A DNA stretch of 64,000 nt, taken from Nannocystis sp. RBIL2. Its GTDB lineage: Bacteria > Myxococcota_A > Polyangia > Nannocystales > Nannocystaceae. The notes under the pieces are model-generated. The model saw only the letters and a program-made list of their open reading frames with translations, had not been told where the DNA came from and searched no databases. The position numbers and the translations under genes are program-made. Shown in pieces: positions 18,741-28,249 of this stretch (positions are counted from its first letter, which is position 1; every line of letters begins with the position of its first letter). The stretch is from assembly GCF_026626745.1 (NCBI RefSeq), contig NZ_JAPNJW010000002.1:1126151-1190150 (forward strand), given 5' to 3'.

Positions 18741-20123
18741 CTACTCGCCGGCGGCGGTGTTATCGCCGACGTCTCCAGGCTTCGGCGCGCGGCGCGACCA
18801 CAGCCAGTAGACAGGCACACCGGACAGCACGATGGCGCAGTCGACGACGAATTCCCGCGGCTGCGACAGCGCGTAGTTGCCGAGCAGGAACACGGAGGCG
18901 GCCAGGAACAGCAGCGGCACCCACGGGTAGCCGAACGTCCGGTACGGCCGCGGCAGGTCGGGGCGCGTGCGCCGCAGGACGAACACTGCGGCCACGCTGA
19001 GGGCGTAGAACGGCCAGATCCCGATCACGAATTGCCCCGCCAGCTCGGCGAAGCTGCGCACCGAGACGAACACGATCCCCAGCGCGGCGCCGAGGACGAT
19101 GCTGGCCGAGGGGGTGCCGTGGCGCGGGTGGACCTCGGCCAGGCGGCGGAAGAACAGCCGGTCCTCCGCCATGGCGTAGAACACCCGCGGCCCGGTCATC
19201 ATCGAGCCGTTGAGAGTGCCGAAGGTGCTGACCATGACGGCCGCGGCCACGAGAGTGGTGCCGAGCGAGCCGATCAGGGCGGCGGCGACATCGGCGGCGA
19301 CCAGCGGGGCGCCAGCCATCTGCTCCAGCGGGATGACCCGCAGGTACACGAGGTTGGCCGCGAGGTAGAGCGCGACGACCGCAGCGGTCCCGAGGATGAA
19401 CACCCGCGGGAGCGCGCGCTGCGGATCGCGGACCTCGCCGCTCACGAAGCCGACGTCGCACCAGCCGTCGTAGGCCCAGAGGATGGCGACCATCGCCAGG
19501 ACGAACGCCCCGTCGGCCGCCGGCGCAGCGGTCGCAGGCACCGGCGCCGTCGCCTCCGGGGCCAGCAGGAGGCCGAGCGCGACCAGGCCGAGCAGCGCCG
19601 CGACCTTCAGCGCGGTGCTGACGTTCTGCACGAGCGCCCCGAACTCGACGCCGCGGCGGTTGACCGCGGCGACCGTGGCGATCATCGCCACCGCCACCAC
19701 CTGGGCCCGCGACAGCGGTCCGAGCACCGGCGGCGCTCCGTCGACGCCGAACGTGCGCAGCAGGTACTCGGCCGAGGTCACCGCGATCGCGCCGTACGCA
19801 GCCGGGCGCAGGATGAGCAGCTCGGCCCAGCCGAACAGGAAGGCCGGCAGCTTGCCGAACGCCTCGCGCAGGTAGACGTAGATGCCGCCGCTACGCGGAT
19901 AGAGGATGGCCAGCTCGGCGACGGTCAGTGCGCCGGCGAGGGCGACCACGCCGCCGGCGACCCACGCGAGGACGAACAGGGTCAGGTCGTCGATGTGGCC
20001 GGCGATCTCCGCCGGGGTCCGGAAGATGCCGCTGCCGATCGTCGACCCGACCAGCACCGCGACGGTGCTGGCGAGGCCGAGCTTGCGAGGCAGCCGCTCG
20101 CCCCAGGGGTCAGGGGCCTGCAT
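18741..20123 (-). CDS. APC-family amino acid permease
   Basis: About 12 TM segments. N-terminal signature GLASTVAVLVGSTIGSGIFRTPAEIAG. ATG at 20123. Confidence 0.8.
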   Translation of the reverse strand: MQAPDPWGERLPRKLGLASTVAVLVGSTIGSGIFRTPAEIAGHIDDLTLFVLAWVAGGVVALAGALTVAELAILYPRSGGIYVYLREAFGKLPAFLFGWAELLILRPAAYGAIAVTSAEYLLRTFGVDGAPPVLGPLSRAQVVAVAMIATVAAVNRRGVEFGALVQNVSTALKVAALLGLVALGLLLAPEATAPVPATAAPAADGAFVLAMVAILWAYDGWCDVGFVSGEVRDPQRALPRVFILGTAAVVALYLAANLVYLRVIPLEQMAGAPLVAADVAAALIGSLGTTLVAAAVMVSTFGTLNGSMMTGPRVFYAMAEDRLFFRRLAEVHPRHGTPSASIVLGAALGIVFVSVRSFAELAGQFVIGIWPFYALSVAAVFVLRRTRPDLPRPYRTFGYPWVPLLFLAASVFLLGNYALSQPREFVVDCAIVLSGVPVYWLWSRRAPKPGDVGDNTAAGE

Positions 20124-20800
20124 GGGCGACTGATAGCGCAGTTCGCAGCGGCGCAGAAGTTCCTCGCGGGGGCCTCTGCGGGCGTGCAGGCGCGTTCGCG
20201 GATTAGCTGGCTCTCGGGTCATGTCGCGGGACGAGCCGGGCTCGCGGCGAGCATCTGCCGCCCTGGCTCTTGGCCTCGCTGTGATGAAGCGCCGGAGTCG
20301 GGTGGCATGGCCTGGGGTCGAGCGCGTTCGCGCGGCGCGTGAAAGTGTCTATTCGGACATGTCTCCGGCACCGTGACGCTGGGCCACCTCACGCGCGCCG
20401 ACCGCCGATTAGAGAACGAGGCTATCTATATTAGGAGGCAGCACCTGTTCGCCTCGGTTCGAACTCCGTCGCCCCGGACCTCGATACCCGCGCGTTCAGC
20501 ACCGCCTCGATGGCCGCGCGTCCACCACTCGTGTTCGCCCGCGGGTGATGGCTCGCGCGACGACCGCCGAGTGAGACAGCTCGGAGAAAGGCGCGACTGC
20601 TCCCTCTCGCCAGCCGCCAACGACGACGGCGACATCGGCCACATCGACGATGACGAACAGGCCGCCGGCATCTCGCACGGCGCGTCACGACGCCCGCTCC
20701 GTCGCCCTGCCCTCGCCCATCGCACGCCACTCGTGTTCGTCGGCACCCAGCGAGAAAGCGCCGAAGGCCCGGCGTGCGCCGGGCCTCCTGGACTTCGAGA

Positions 20801-20824
20801 CAGGCTGTCCTTCGGGACAGCCTC
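20801..20824. terminator. GC hairpin GGCTGTCC-TTCG-GGACAGCC (UUCG tetraloop)
   Basis: Perfect 8-bp stem with a 4-nt loop just 3' of the FHA gene stop. It belongs to the GGACA/TGTCC palindrome family and has no U-tract. Confidence 0.4.
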
Positions 20825-20829
20825 GCCGA

Positions 20830-22935
20830 TCAACCCGGCTCGAGGACGAACGGGTACGAGACGATGACCGAGCCGCCGCCCTCCGGCTTGGGGAAGGTCC
20901 AGCGCTTGACCGCCTGGGCGATGCAGGAGCCGACCGCCGGGTCCTTCATCGTGCTCTCCTGGACCACCGCGGTGGGCACCTTGCCGGTGCCGCCGATGGT
21001 GAACTGGACGGCGACGCGGCCCTTGGCGTTGGGGTCGCGGGCGAGGGCCTGGTTGTAGCAGTAGCGGACCTCGTTGATGTGCGCGCGGACGATGCGGCGG
21101 ATGATGTCCTTGTCGAGCGCGCCCTGGACCTCGGCCTTGGCCTGACGGACCGTCGGGACGCGGGTGCCGCGGCCGCCGAAGCCGGCGCCAGCGCCACGGC
21201 CGTAGCCGGAGCCCGTGCCGCCGCCGCCGCCCTTGCCGATGAGGCCCGTGTTGCCGAGGCCGATCGTGCCCTCGCCGGTGCCACCGCCGCCGCGGCCGGT
21301 GCCGACCAGGCCGAGGCCGCCGACGCCGTACGCCTCGCCGACCTCCGTGCCGGTGAGGCCGCCCCACACGTCCGCGTCGTCGTTGCCGACCGCGAACGCG
21401 CCGCCGTACGGCGAGGCGAGGAAGTGGCCGCTCTCGGCGCTCATCACCCCGAGGATGCCGGCCTGGCGCGCGGCCATGTCGGGGTCGAAGTTACGGGCCA
21501 TCTGCGGGATGGCGTCCTTGGGGCCCTTCATGGCGTAGAGGCCCGACTTGCTCTTCGAGGTGGGCTTGCCCATCTTGCCCTCCTCGCCCTTGTGGCGCTG
21601 ACCGGTGCCGCCGGCCTCGTCGTCGGAGTTCTCCATGTCCTCCGGCGGCGGCTCCTCCTCCTCCGGCGGCTTGTCGGGCTGGTTGAGGTAACCGACGAAG
21701 CGGTTCTCTTCCATCATCTCGTCGAGGCTGAGGTTGCCGGCCTCGTTGGGGATCAGGTGCGTGAGCACCAGCAAGCTGCCGATGACCACGAACGACGCGC
21801 CGTTGTAGATCCAGAACGGCTTGTCGGTCTCGCTGCCGCCCTTGATCACCGCGCCCGGCGCGACCGAGTTCACGTAGAAGGTGACGTCCTGGTACTTGAC
21901 CCGCGCCGTCGCTCCGGGCGGCAGCGGGAAGCTGAACGACGAGCCCTGCGAGCCCGCGCGGCCGGTCGCTACCAGCTGCTGCAGCGTGATCGTCTGGCCG
22001 TCGAAGGTGACCTCGCCGCTCATGTTCTGCGTGAAGTTGAGCGCGAACTCGTGGTCGCTGCCGCGGACCAGCGGGAAGCCGTTGGGCTCGGGCAGGCCGG
22101 CGGGCGGCACGTGGAACGACGCGCCGTGGCCCTCGCCGATCGTGAAGTTCTTGTTGACGTAGTCGCCGGTGCGGATGAGGCCCATGCTGAACGGCACGAG
22201 GCCCGCGATCGCCAGCAGCATGCCGATCGCCGCCAGGCCGTTTCCGGGCGGGGTCGGGCGCGGCGTGCCCTGCTCGATCGAGTCCTGGACCTTCTTGCCG
22301 TAGCCGGCCCAGTCCTGGTTCACGTCGCTGAAGAACACGCCCACGCCGGCGACCAGCATCACGCCGCCGATGGCGAGGAAAATGGGCGCCTGCGACTTGC
22401 GGTTCTTCAGCTGGCCGACGTGCTGCACGTCGAGCACCGTCGAGCCGTACATCGCCACGACCTCGGCCACCCGCGAGCCGCTCTGAACCTCGACCTCGCT
22501 GAGGTCGATCTGGATCGGGGCCCGCGTCGCCATCGGCGCCGCAGCGAGCGGAGCCGCCGCGACCGCGGCCGCCGCCACGGCCACCGGCGCGGCCACCTGC
22601 GCCGGCGCCGGCGCAGCCGCGACCTGCTGCTTGGCGAAGCCGACCTCGAGGCGGTACGGCCCGAAGTTCAAGGCGTCACCGTCGTGCAGCACCGCGTTCT
22701 TGTCGATCCGCTGGCCGTTGAGCACGGTGCCCGCCGCGCTCCCGAGATCGATCACCCGCACCTCTTCGCCGGACACCTCGATCACGGCGTGCATGCGGGC
22801 CACGGCCTCGTCATCCAGACAGATGTGGCTACTCTTCAGTTTTCCGATCTTGATAACGTCTTGCGTCAGCGTCTGCGTATCGACGAGCTGATCGCCGTAA
22901 AACACTTTGATGGCGAGCGTCTTGGTCGTTGTCAT
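20830..22935 (-). CDS. FHA-domain membrane protein with Gly-rich region and AgmX/PglI-type TonB_C-like C-terminal domain (PglI-like)
   Basis: N-terminal FHA domain (KIGKLKSSHICLDDEAVARMHAVIEVSGEEVRVIDLGSAAGTVLNGQRI), a TM segment, an acidic Pro-rich linker, and a (GxGxG)n stretch. The C-terminus (IIRRIVRAHINEVRYCYNQALARDPNAKGRVAVQFTIGGTGKV…) resembles the AgmX/PglI/TonB_C fold. Confidence 0.75.
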   Translation of the reverse strand: MTTTKTLAIKVFYGDQLVDTQTLTQDVIKIGKLKSSHICLDDEAVARMHAVIEVSGEEVRVIDLGSAAGTVLNGQRIDKNAVLHDGDALNFGPYRLEVGFAKQQVAAAPAPAQVAAPVAVAAAAVAAAPLAAAPMATRAPIQIDLSEVEVQSGSRVAEVVAMYGSTVLDVQHVGQLKNRKSQAPIFLAIGGVMLVAGVGVFFSDVNQDWAGYGKKVQDSIEQGTPRPTPPGNGLAAIGMLLAIAGLVPFSMGLIRTGDYVNKNFTIGEGHGASFHVPPAGLPEPNGFPLVRGSDHEFALNFTQNMSGEVTFDGQTITLQQLVATGRAGSQGSSFSFPLPPGATARVKYQDVTFYVNSVAPGAVIKGGSETDKPFWIYNGASFVVIGSLLVLTHLIPNEAGNLSLDEMMEENRFVGYLNQPDKPPEEEEPPPEDMENSDDEAGGTGQRHKGEEGKMGKPTSKSKSGLYAMKGPKDAIPQMARNFDPDMAARQAGILGVMSAESGHFLASPYGGAFAVGNDDADVWGGLTGTEVGEAYGVGGLGLVGTGRGGGGTGEGTIGLGNTGLIGKGGGGGTGSGYGRGAGAGFGGRGTRVPTVRQAKAEVQGALDKDIIRRIVRAHINEVRYCYNQALARDPNAKGRVAVQFTIGGTGKVPTAVVQESTMKDPAVGSCIAQAVKRWTFPKPEGGGSVIVSYPFVLEPG

Positions 22936-23204
22936 CGTCCTTGCCCCGGTCGTGTGGCGCCTCGGACACGGCCTTTTGGGGCTTGTTCCCGAGGCCCGCG
23001 AGCTTTTTTCGCGCCCGCGCGGGGCGTCTGCGCCGGCGCACGTCCGCGCGCGGACTCGGGCTTCGGGCGCGCCCCTGCGTCCGGCCACGCGTCCGCGGCT
23101 CGCGGCCGGCCGCGGCGGCTTCGTGATACCGTGACCCGAGGCGCCGTCCGTGCCCGGATCCGGGCGAGGCGCGCCTGCTGCCCCTCTCACGCCCTCGCCC
23201 CGGC

Positions 23205-23711
23205 ATGACCTCCGACCTCGCGCCCCCCTCACCTCCCGGCCCGAGCCCGATCCTCACCCTCCGGATCAGCGTCCGCGGGCTATATGACAGCTGGACGCAC
23301 TGCCAGCGGCTGGCCGATTACATCGCGCGCTTCGTCGCCTCCGATCGCTTCGATCCCGAGCAGCTGACCACGCGCCTCTCGACCTATCTCAACGAGGTGC
23401 TCGAGTACGTGTTCCGCGCCCGGCCGAGCGAGGGCGAGATCGTGGTCGAGGTCGGGCGCACGGACGAGCACGTGATCGCCGAGCTGACGATACCGACCGA
23501 CGAGGCGCTCGCGCAGCGGCTGCGCGACGACCTCGGGCGGGTCGCGCCGGCGGACGCGCGCGCGCGCTACGAGGCCGAGTTCGAGTCGATGATCCTGCGT
23601 CCGCCGGCCGAGGTCGGGCTGCTCGAATTGGTCGCGCTCCACGGCGTCGAGCTCACGCTGCGCGAGGGCGACGGCGCCGGCGTCATCGTCCTTACTGTCC
23701 CGCACGAGTGA
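23205..23711 (+). CDS. RsbW-like (GHKL/HATPase_c-fold) putative anti-sigma/serine-kinase homolog, paralog 1
   Basis: Alignable to the 27302..27865 protein. The motifs are degenerate (…YLNEVLEYVFRA…GEIVVEVGRTDEHVIAELTIPTD…). It is the first gene of the operon. Confidence 0.45.
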   Translation: MTSDLAPPSPPGPSPILTLRISVRGLYDSWTHCQRLADYIARFVASDRFDPEQLTTRLSTYLNEVLEYVFRARPSEGEIVVEVGRTDEHVIAELTIPTDEALAQRLRDDLGRVAPADARARYEAEFESMILRPPAEVGLLELVALHGVELTLREGDGAGVIVLTVPHE

Positions 23712-23723
23712 GCCGAGCTGGGT

Positions 23724-24896
23724 ATGGAGAACGAGCAACCGTTTTCGATCCGCTTCAGCGAGAACGACCAGGAGGTCGCGCTCGAGGGGACGCTGCGGCC
23801 CGCCGGCCCCGAGGCGTTCGCGCCGGTGCGGGCGCGCCTCGACCACGCCGCCGACGCCGTGCGCGGCGTCCTCTACCTCAACTTCAAGCGCCTGCGTTAC
23901 CTCAACCACACCGGCTTCCTCGAGCTCGCGCGCTTCATCGCCGCCTGCGCCGAGCGCCACCCGAGCCTCAAGCTCAAGCTCGTCGTCTCGAGCGTCGTCC
24001 CGTGGGCGCCGCTGCGCTTCGGCTTCCTCGGCGCGCAGTTCGGCAACACCATCGTCGAGCAGTACGACAAGGCGTTTTACCCCGGCCAGGGCGTCATCGA
24101 GAACGACCAGCTCGTGCCGGTCCTGCGCACCCAGACCAACATCGTGTGGTCGCACGAGCGCGAGCTGCTGCGCCGCCACGGCCTCGGCAAGCGCATGCGG
24201 ATCGCCGACATCTGCTGCGGGATCGGCGACTTCGCGGTGCTCGTCTACAAGGAGTTCGAGCCCGCGTACATCGTCGGCGTCGACCACTCGCGGCCCTTCC
24301 TTCAATACGCGCAGCAGATGGCCCGCGAGTTCGGCATCACCGACATCGAGTATCAGTTCGGCGACGCGACCCACCTGTTCTTGCCGTCGAACAGCTTCGA
24401 CTTCGTCACCTCGCGCCTGGCGCTGCAGATCTTCAACGATCCGTCGAGCATCTTGCGCGAGCTGGTGCGGATCTGTAAACCCGGCGGTCGGGTCTACCTG
24501 ACCAACGAGATGACGGTGCACAACTACGGCTACCCGCGCCACGAGTCGGTCGCGTGGACCTACCAGCACGCCGTGAAGATCGCCCAGAGCCTCGGCATGG
24601 ACATGAACTTCGGGCCCAAGATGTTCTCGCTGCTGACCGACATGGGCTTCGAGGACGTGCGCATGGAGCAGATCCCGATCACCAACAACAACACCGCGAT
24701 CGACGACTTCGCGCGGGTGATCGAGAGCTGGGAGGAGTACGTCACCGGCGAGCTGTCGACCGCCACGCAGCAGCCGCCGGAGGTGGTCGAGCGCCTGCGC
24801 ATGGGCTTCCGCGATCACGTCTACGCGATCCGCAGCCGCCGCGGCTTCGCCACCTGGCCGATCTACGTCGCCTCCGGCCGCAAACCGGAGCGCTGA
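23724..24896 (+). CDS. STAS (anti-sigma-antagonist-like) domain fused to class I SAM-dependent methyltransferase
   Basis: The N-terminal ~110 aa has the STAS topology, with YLNHTGFLEL replacing the canonical DSSG phospho-motif. The C-terminus has the MTase motif I (DICCGIGDF), ICKPGGRVYL and a Rossmann-like fold. Confidence 0.7.
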   Translation: MENEQPFSIRFSENDQEVALEGTLRPAGPEAFAPVRARLDHAADAVRGVLYLNFKRLRYLNHTGFLELARFIAACAERHPSLKLKLVVSSVVPWAPLRFGFLGAQFGNTIVEQYDKAFYPGQGVIENDQLVPVLRTQTNIVWSHERELLRRHGLGKRMRIADICCGIGDFAVLVYKEFEPAYIVGVDHSRPFLQYAQQMAREFGITDIEYQFGDATHLFLPSNSFDFVTSRLALQIFNDPSSILRELVRICKPGGRVYLTNEMTVHNYGYPRHESVAWTYQHAVKIAQSLGMDMNFGPKMFSLLTDMGFEDVRMEQIPITNNNTAIDDFARVIESWEEYVTGELSTATQQPPEVVERLRMGFRDHVYAIRSRRGFATWPIYVASGRKPER

Positions 24897-24917
24897 CGGC
24901 CCTCGCCGCTCGACCGC

Positions 24918-27278
24918 ATGGCCACCACGGGCTCAAGGTTCCGCACCAAGTTCGTCCTCGTCGCCGGGGTCGGGCTGGTGATCGGGCTGACGCTCGCGGC
25001 GCTGGCCTCGCTGAAGGGCATCCGCGTGCTCGGCGGCGACGCGTCGGAGGAGATCCGCAAGGGCCTCGAGCGGGCCAGCCGCGAGTACCTCACCAACCAC
25101 ATCGAGGACACCGCGCAGCGCGTCGAATTCCTGCGCGGGCGGGCGCGGGCCGAGCTCGGCGTGCTCGCGGCAGTCACCCAGACGCTCATCGATCGGCAGG
25201 CCGACCTTGCGCCGCTGACCGCCGCCGCCGCTGCTGCCGGGCCGCTGCGCGACGCCCTCGTCTATGACCCGCGCGGCGACTGGTCGCAGACCGAGGCCGG
25301 TGAGCCGTCGGCGGTGGCAGTGTGGGGCTACCTGCACGCGCCGGCCGACCCGAAGCAACCTGGCCTTCGGGACATCAAGCCCGAGGTCCGCGCCGCAGTC
25401 GAGCAGACCGCCCTGCTCGACCTGCTGCTGCCCGCGCTGCTGCAGTACGGGGCCGAGAAGCAGGCCATGTACTTCATCGGCCCCGAGGGCGCCGAGTACC
25501 TGCGGATCGCCCCTTACGCCGACGCTGCGGGCCACGCCGACCAGCTCTATCCCGGCCACAACAAGAGCCCGTTCTGGAGCTTCTACTTCCCCGGCATCGT
25601 CGACGGCTGGCGGCGCTGGCTCCCCGATCCCGCGCGCATGCGCGACCCGGCGGCGCAGGTCACCGGCACCGCGCCGTACACCGACGCGGGCGGCAGCGGG
25701 GCCATCATGACCATGTTCCAGCCGCTGTGGGACGCCTCGCGCGCGCGCTTCGCCGGGGCCGTCGGCGTCGACGTCACCCTCGGTCAATTGATCCGCTACG
25801 TCCAGGACCTCGAGCTCGCCGGCTCGGGCTTCGCCTTCCTCGCCCAGGAGAACGGCAACGTGTTCGCCGTCAACGCCGACGGCCAGGAGATCCTCGGCCT
25901 GCAGCAGGCCAGCGGCTCGTCGGGTGCCGGCGTCGACATCTTCCAACAGTTCCTGCACCAGTCGCGCGACCCGGCGATCCAGGCGCTCGCGCTGCCCAGC
26001 GGCGATACCGTCGACTACCGCGACCCGGTAGCGATCGGCGGCAAGGACTACGTCGTCGTGCTCAAGCGGCTCGATCCGTTCAACGTCTGGTCGGGTTCGA
26101 CCGACATCGTGCCGGAGCGCTGGACCCTCGGCTTCGTCGTGCCTGCCGCCGAGATCTACGCCTCGCTGCACAAGGCGCAGGACACCATCGCCGCCAGCAG
26201 CCGCGGGATCCTCGTCAGCCAGATCGTCATCACTCTGGTCGCGCTCGCGGTCGTGATGTTCGGGATCCTCCTGGTCTCGCGACGCATGACCGGCGCGCTG
26301 GTCGACCTCGCCGCGGGCGCCGGCAAGATCGCGCAGAAGGACTACGACGTGCGGGTCGACGTGCGCAGCGACGACGAGTTCGGCGCGCTCGGCCGCGCCT
26401 TCAACCAGATGGCCGCCGAGATCCGCGCGTATACGCACGATCTCGAGCGGCTGGTCGAGCAGCGCACCGCCGAGCTGCAGCGGGCCTCCCGCGAGATCAT
26501 GGCGCTCAACGAGCGGCTCAAGCAGGAGAACCTGCGCCTCGGCGCCGAGCTCGACGTCGCCCGCCGGCTGCAGCTCATGGTGCTGCCGCAAGAGCGCGAG
26601 CTGGCCGAGCTCGAGGGCCTGGACGTCGCCGGCTACATGCGGCCCGCGGACGAGGTCGGCGGCGACTACTACGACGTCCTGCGCGCCGGCGACGGCGTCA
26701 AGATCGGCATCGGCGACGTCACTGGCCACGGCCTCGAGAGCGGCGTGCTGATGCTGATGATCCAGACGGCCGTGCGCACCCTGCAGGCCGCCGAGGAGCG
26801 CGACGCGGAGCGCTTCCTCAACATCGTCAACAAGGTCCTCTATCAGAACATCCAGCGCGTCGGCCTCGACCGCACCGCGACGCTGGTGCTCCTCGACTAC
26901 GCGCAGGGCGTGCTCCGCCTCACCGGACAGCACGAGGAGGCGGTGGTGGTCCGGCGGGGCGGCTCGATCGAGCGCATCGACACGGTCGACCTCGGCATGC
27001 CGGTGGGGCTCGAGGTCGACATCGCCGCGTTCATCGCCCGCACCGAGCTGCGCCTGTCGCCGGGCGATGTCGTCGTCCTGTACACTGACGGCATAACCGA
27101 GGCGGAGGACATCCACGGCGAGCTGTACGGCATCGACCGCCTGTGCGAGGTGGTGCGCCGGGTCCACGAGCGGCCGGCGGCGGAGATCAAGCAGGCGATC
27201 GTCGACGACGTCATGCGCTTCATCGGCGCGCAGAAGGTCTTCGACGACATCACGACGGTGGTGATCAAGCGGCGCTGA
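24918..27278 (+). CDS. membrane sensor PP2C (SpoIIE/RsbU-type) Ser/Thr phosphatase with periplasmic sensor domain and HAMP
   Basis: TM1 near residues 12-32, a ~400-aa periplasmic domain, TM2 (ILVSQIVITLVALAVVMFGILLV), a HAMP domain (…DEFGALGRAFNQMAAEI), a coiled coil, and a PPM domain (GGDYYDV…GDVTGHGLESG…YTDGITEA). Confidence 0.85.
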   Translation: MATTGSRFRTKFVLVAGVGLVIGLTLAALASLKGIRVLGGDASEEIRKGLERASREYLTNHIEDTAQRVEFLRGRARAELGVLAAVTQTLIDRQADLAPLTAAAAAAGPLRDALVYDPRGDWSQTEAGEPSAVAVWGYLHAPADPKQPGLRDIKPEVRAAVEQTALLDLLLPALLQYGAEKQAMYFIGPEGAEYLRIAPYADAAGHADQLYPGHNKSPFWSFYFPGIVDGWRRWLPDPARMRDPAAQVTGTAPYTDAGGSGAIMTMFQPLWDASRARFAGAVGVDVTLGQLIRYVQDLELAGSGFAFLAQENGNVFAVNADGQEILGLQQASGSSGAGVDIFQQFLHQSRDPAIQALALPSGDTVDYRDPVAIGGKDYVVVLKRLDPFNVWSGSTDIVPERWTLGFVVPAAEIYASLHKAQDTIAASSRGILVSQIVITLVALAVVMFGILLVSRRMTGALVDLAAGAGKIAQKDYDVRVDVRSDDEFGALGRAFNQMAAEIRAYTHDLERLVEQRTAELQRASREIMALNERLKQENLRLGAELDVARRLQLMVLPQERELAELEGLDVAGYMRPADEVGGDYYDVLRAGDGVKIGIGDVTGHGLESGVLMLMIQTAVRTLQAAEERDAERFLNIVNKVLYQNIQRVGLDRTATLVLLDYAQGVLRLTGQHEEAVVVRRGGSIERIDTVDLGMPVGLEVDIAAFIARTELRLSPGDVVVLYTDGITEAEDIHGELYGIDRLCEVVRRVHERPAAEIKQAIVDDVMRFIGAQKVFDDITTVVIKRR

Positions 27279-27301
27279 GGCGCTCTAGGCGGACGGAGAG
27301 T

Positions 27302-27865
27302 ATGGACGGCATCATCGGCGAGTACAAAGAGCCCACCGACGCTGGACCGCGCGTCATGCTGACGTTTTACCCCGGGGCGTTCCCGGTCAAGTGGAACCAG
27401 TGCAGCGTGGCGGCCGACTTCTTCGCCGAGTACTTCGCCGACGTCGGCGAGGGCGGGCTCACCGAGGAGGCCGAGCGGCGCGACTTCGTCGGCAGCGTCG
27501 GCTACGTGCTCAACGAGCTGATCGAGAACGCGGTCAAGTTCTGCGCCGGCGGCACCGTCGTCATCGACGCGGGCGTCGAGGCGGGCGAGTTCGTGGTCGT
27601 CGTCAGCAACCAGGTCTGCGGCGACGCGGTCGACGGCCTGCGTATCAAGTTCGCCGAGCTGCTCGACGGCGATCCCGCCGAGCTCCTGATGCAGCGGGTC
27701 GAGGAGAACGCCGCCAACCCCGAACTCACGACCTCGGGCCTGGGCTTTCTCACCATGCTGTCGGACTACAAGGCCCGGCTCGGCTGGCGCTTCGACCCCG
27801 CCCCTGGCAATCCTGACAACGCGCTCCTCAAGACCGCCGCCCGGCTACAGGTGAAATCGTCATGA
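27302..27865 (+). CDS. RsbW-like GHKL-fold serine kinase/anti-sigma-like protein, paralog 2
   Basis: N-box (VLNELIENAVKF), a G1-like motif (NQVCGDAVDG) and a G2-like motif (TSGLGFL). The stop overlaps the start of the next gene by 4 nt. Confidence 0.6.
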   Translation: MDGIIGEYKEPTDAGPRVMLTFYPGAFPVKWNQCSVAADFFAEYFADVGEGGLTEEAERRDFVGSVGYVLNELIENAVKFCAGGTVVIDAGVEAGEFVVVVSNQVCGDAVDGLRIKFAELLDGDPAELLMQRVEENAANPELTTSGLGFLTMLSDYKARLGWRFDPAPGNPDNALLKTAARLQVKSS

Positions 27866-28236
27866 CGGACACAACTACGCGACCCTCCGGGTCGGACACC
27901 GACATCAAAGGCCCCGGCTATCGCGTGTGGTTCGACGCGCCCGCGCGCACGGTCCACTTCGAGGGCGTGCTCCGCCTCAGCACCAGCGAGTACAAGCCGA
28001 TCGAGGACCTGCTCGACCGCGTCCTGCTGGCCAACCCCGCGCTCGCCCTGCGCATGACCGAGCTGCAGTTCCTCAACAGCTCGGGCATCAACATGCTCTA
28101 CAAGTTCGCCATCGCCGCGCGCAAGAAGGGCGAGACCGAGATCAAGGTCCACGGCTCGTCGACCATCCCGTGGCAGGGCAAGTCGCTGCCCAACCTCAAG
28201 AAGTTCCTGCCGACGATCGTCATCGCCCTCGACTGA
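27862..28236 (+). CDS. STAS-domain anti-sigma-factor-antagonist-like protein
   Basis: FLNSSGINMLYKF matches the STAS phospho-serine motif F-x-D/N-S-S-G. It is ~124 aa and homologous to the N-terminus of the 23724 protein. Confidence 0.7.
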   Translation: MTDTTTRPSGSDTDIKGPGYRVWFDAPARTVHFEGVLRLSTSEYKPIEDLLDRVLLANPALALRMTELQFLNSSGINMLYKFAIAARKKGETEIKVHGSSTIPWQGKSLPNLKKFLPTIVIALD

Positions 28237-28249
28237 GCCGGCCGCCCGC

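Noticed and set aside
20440-20480. tRNA-like T-loop GGTTCGAACTCC
   Set aside because: The flanks do not form the T-stem, acceptor stem or anticodon arm. There is no CCA context.
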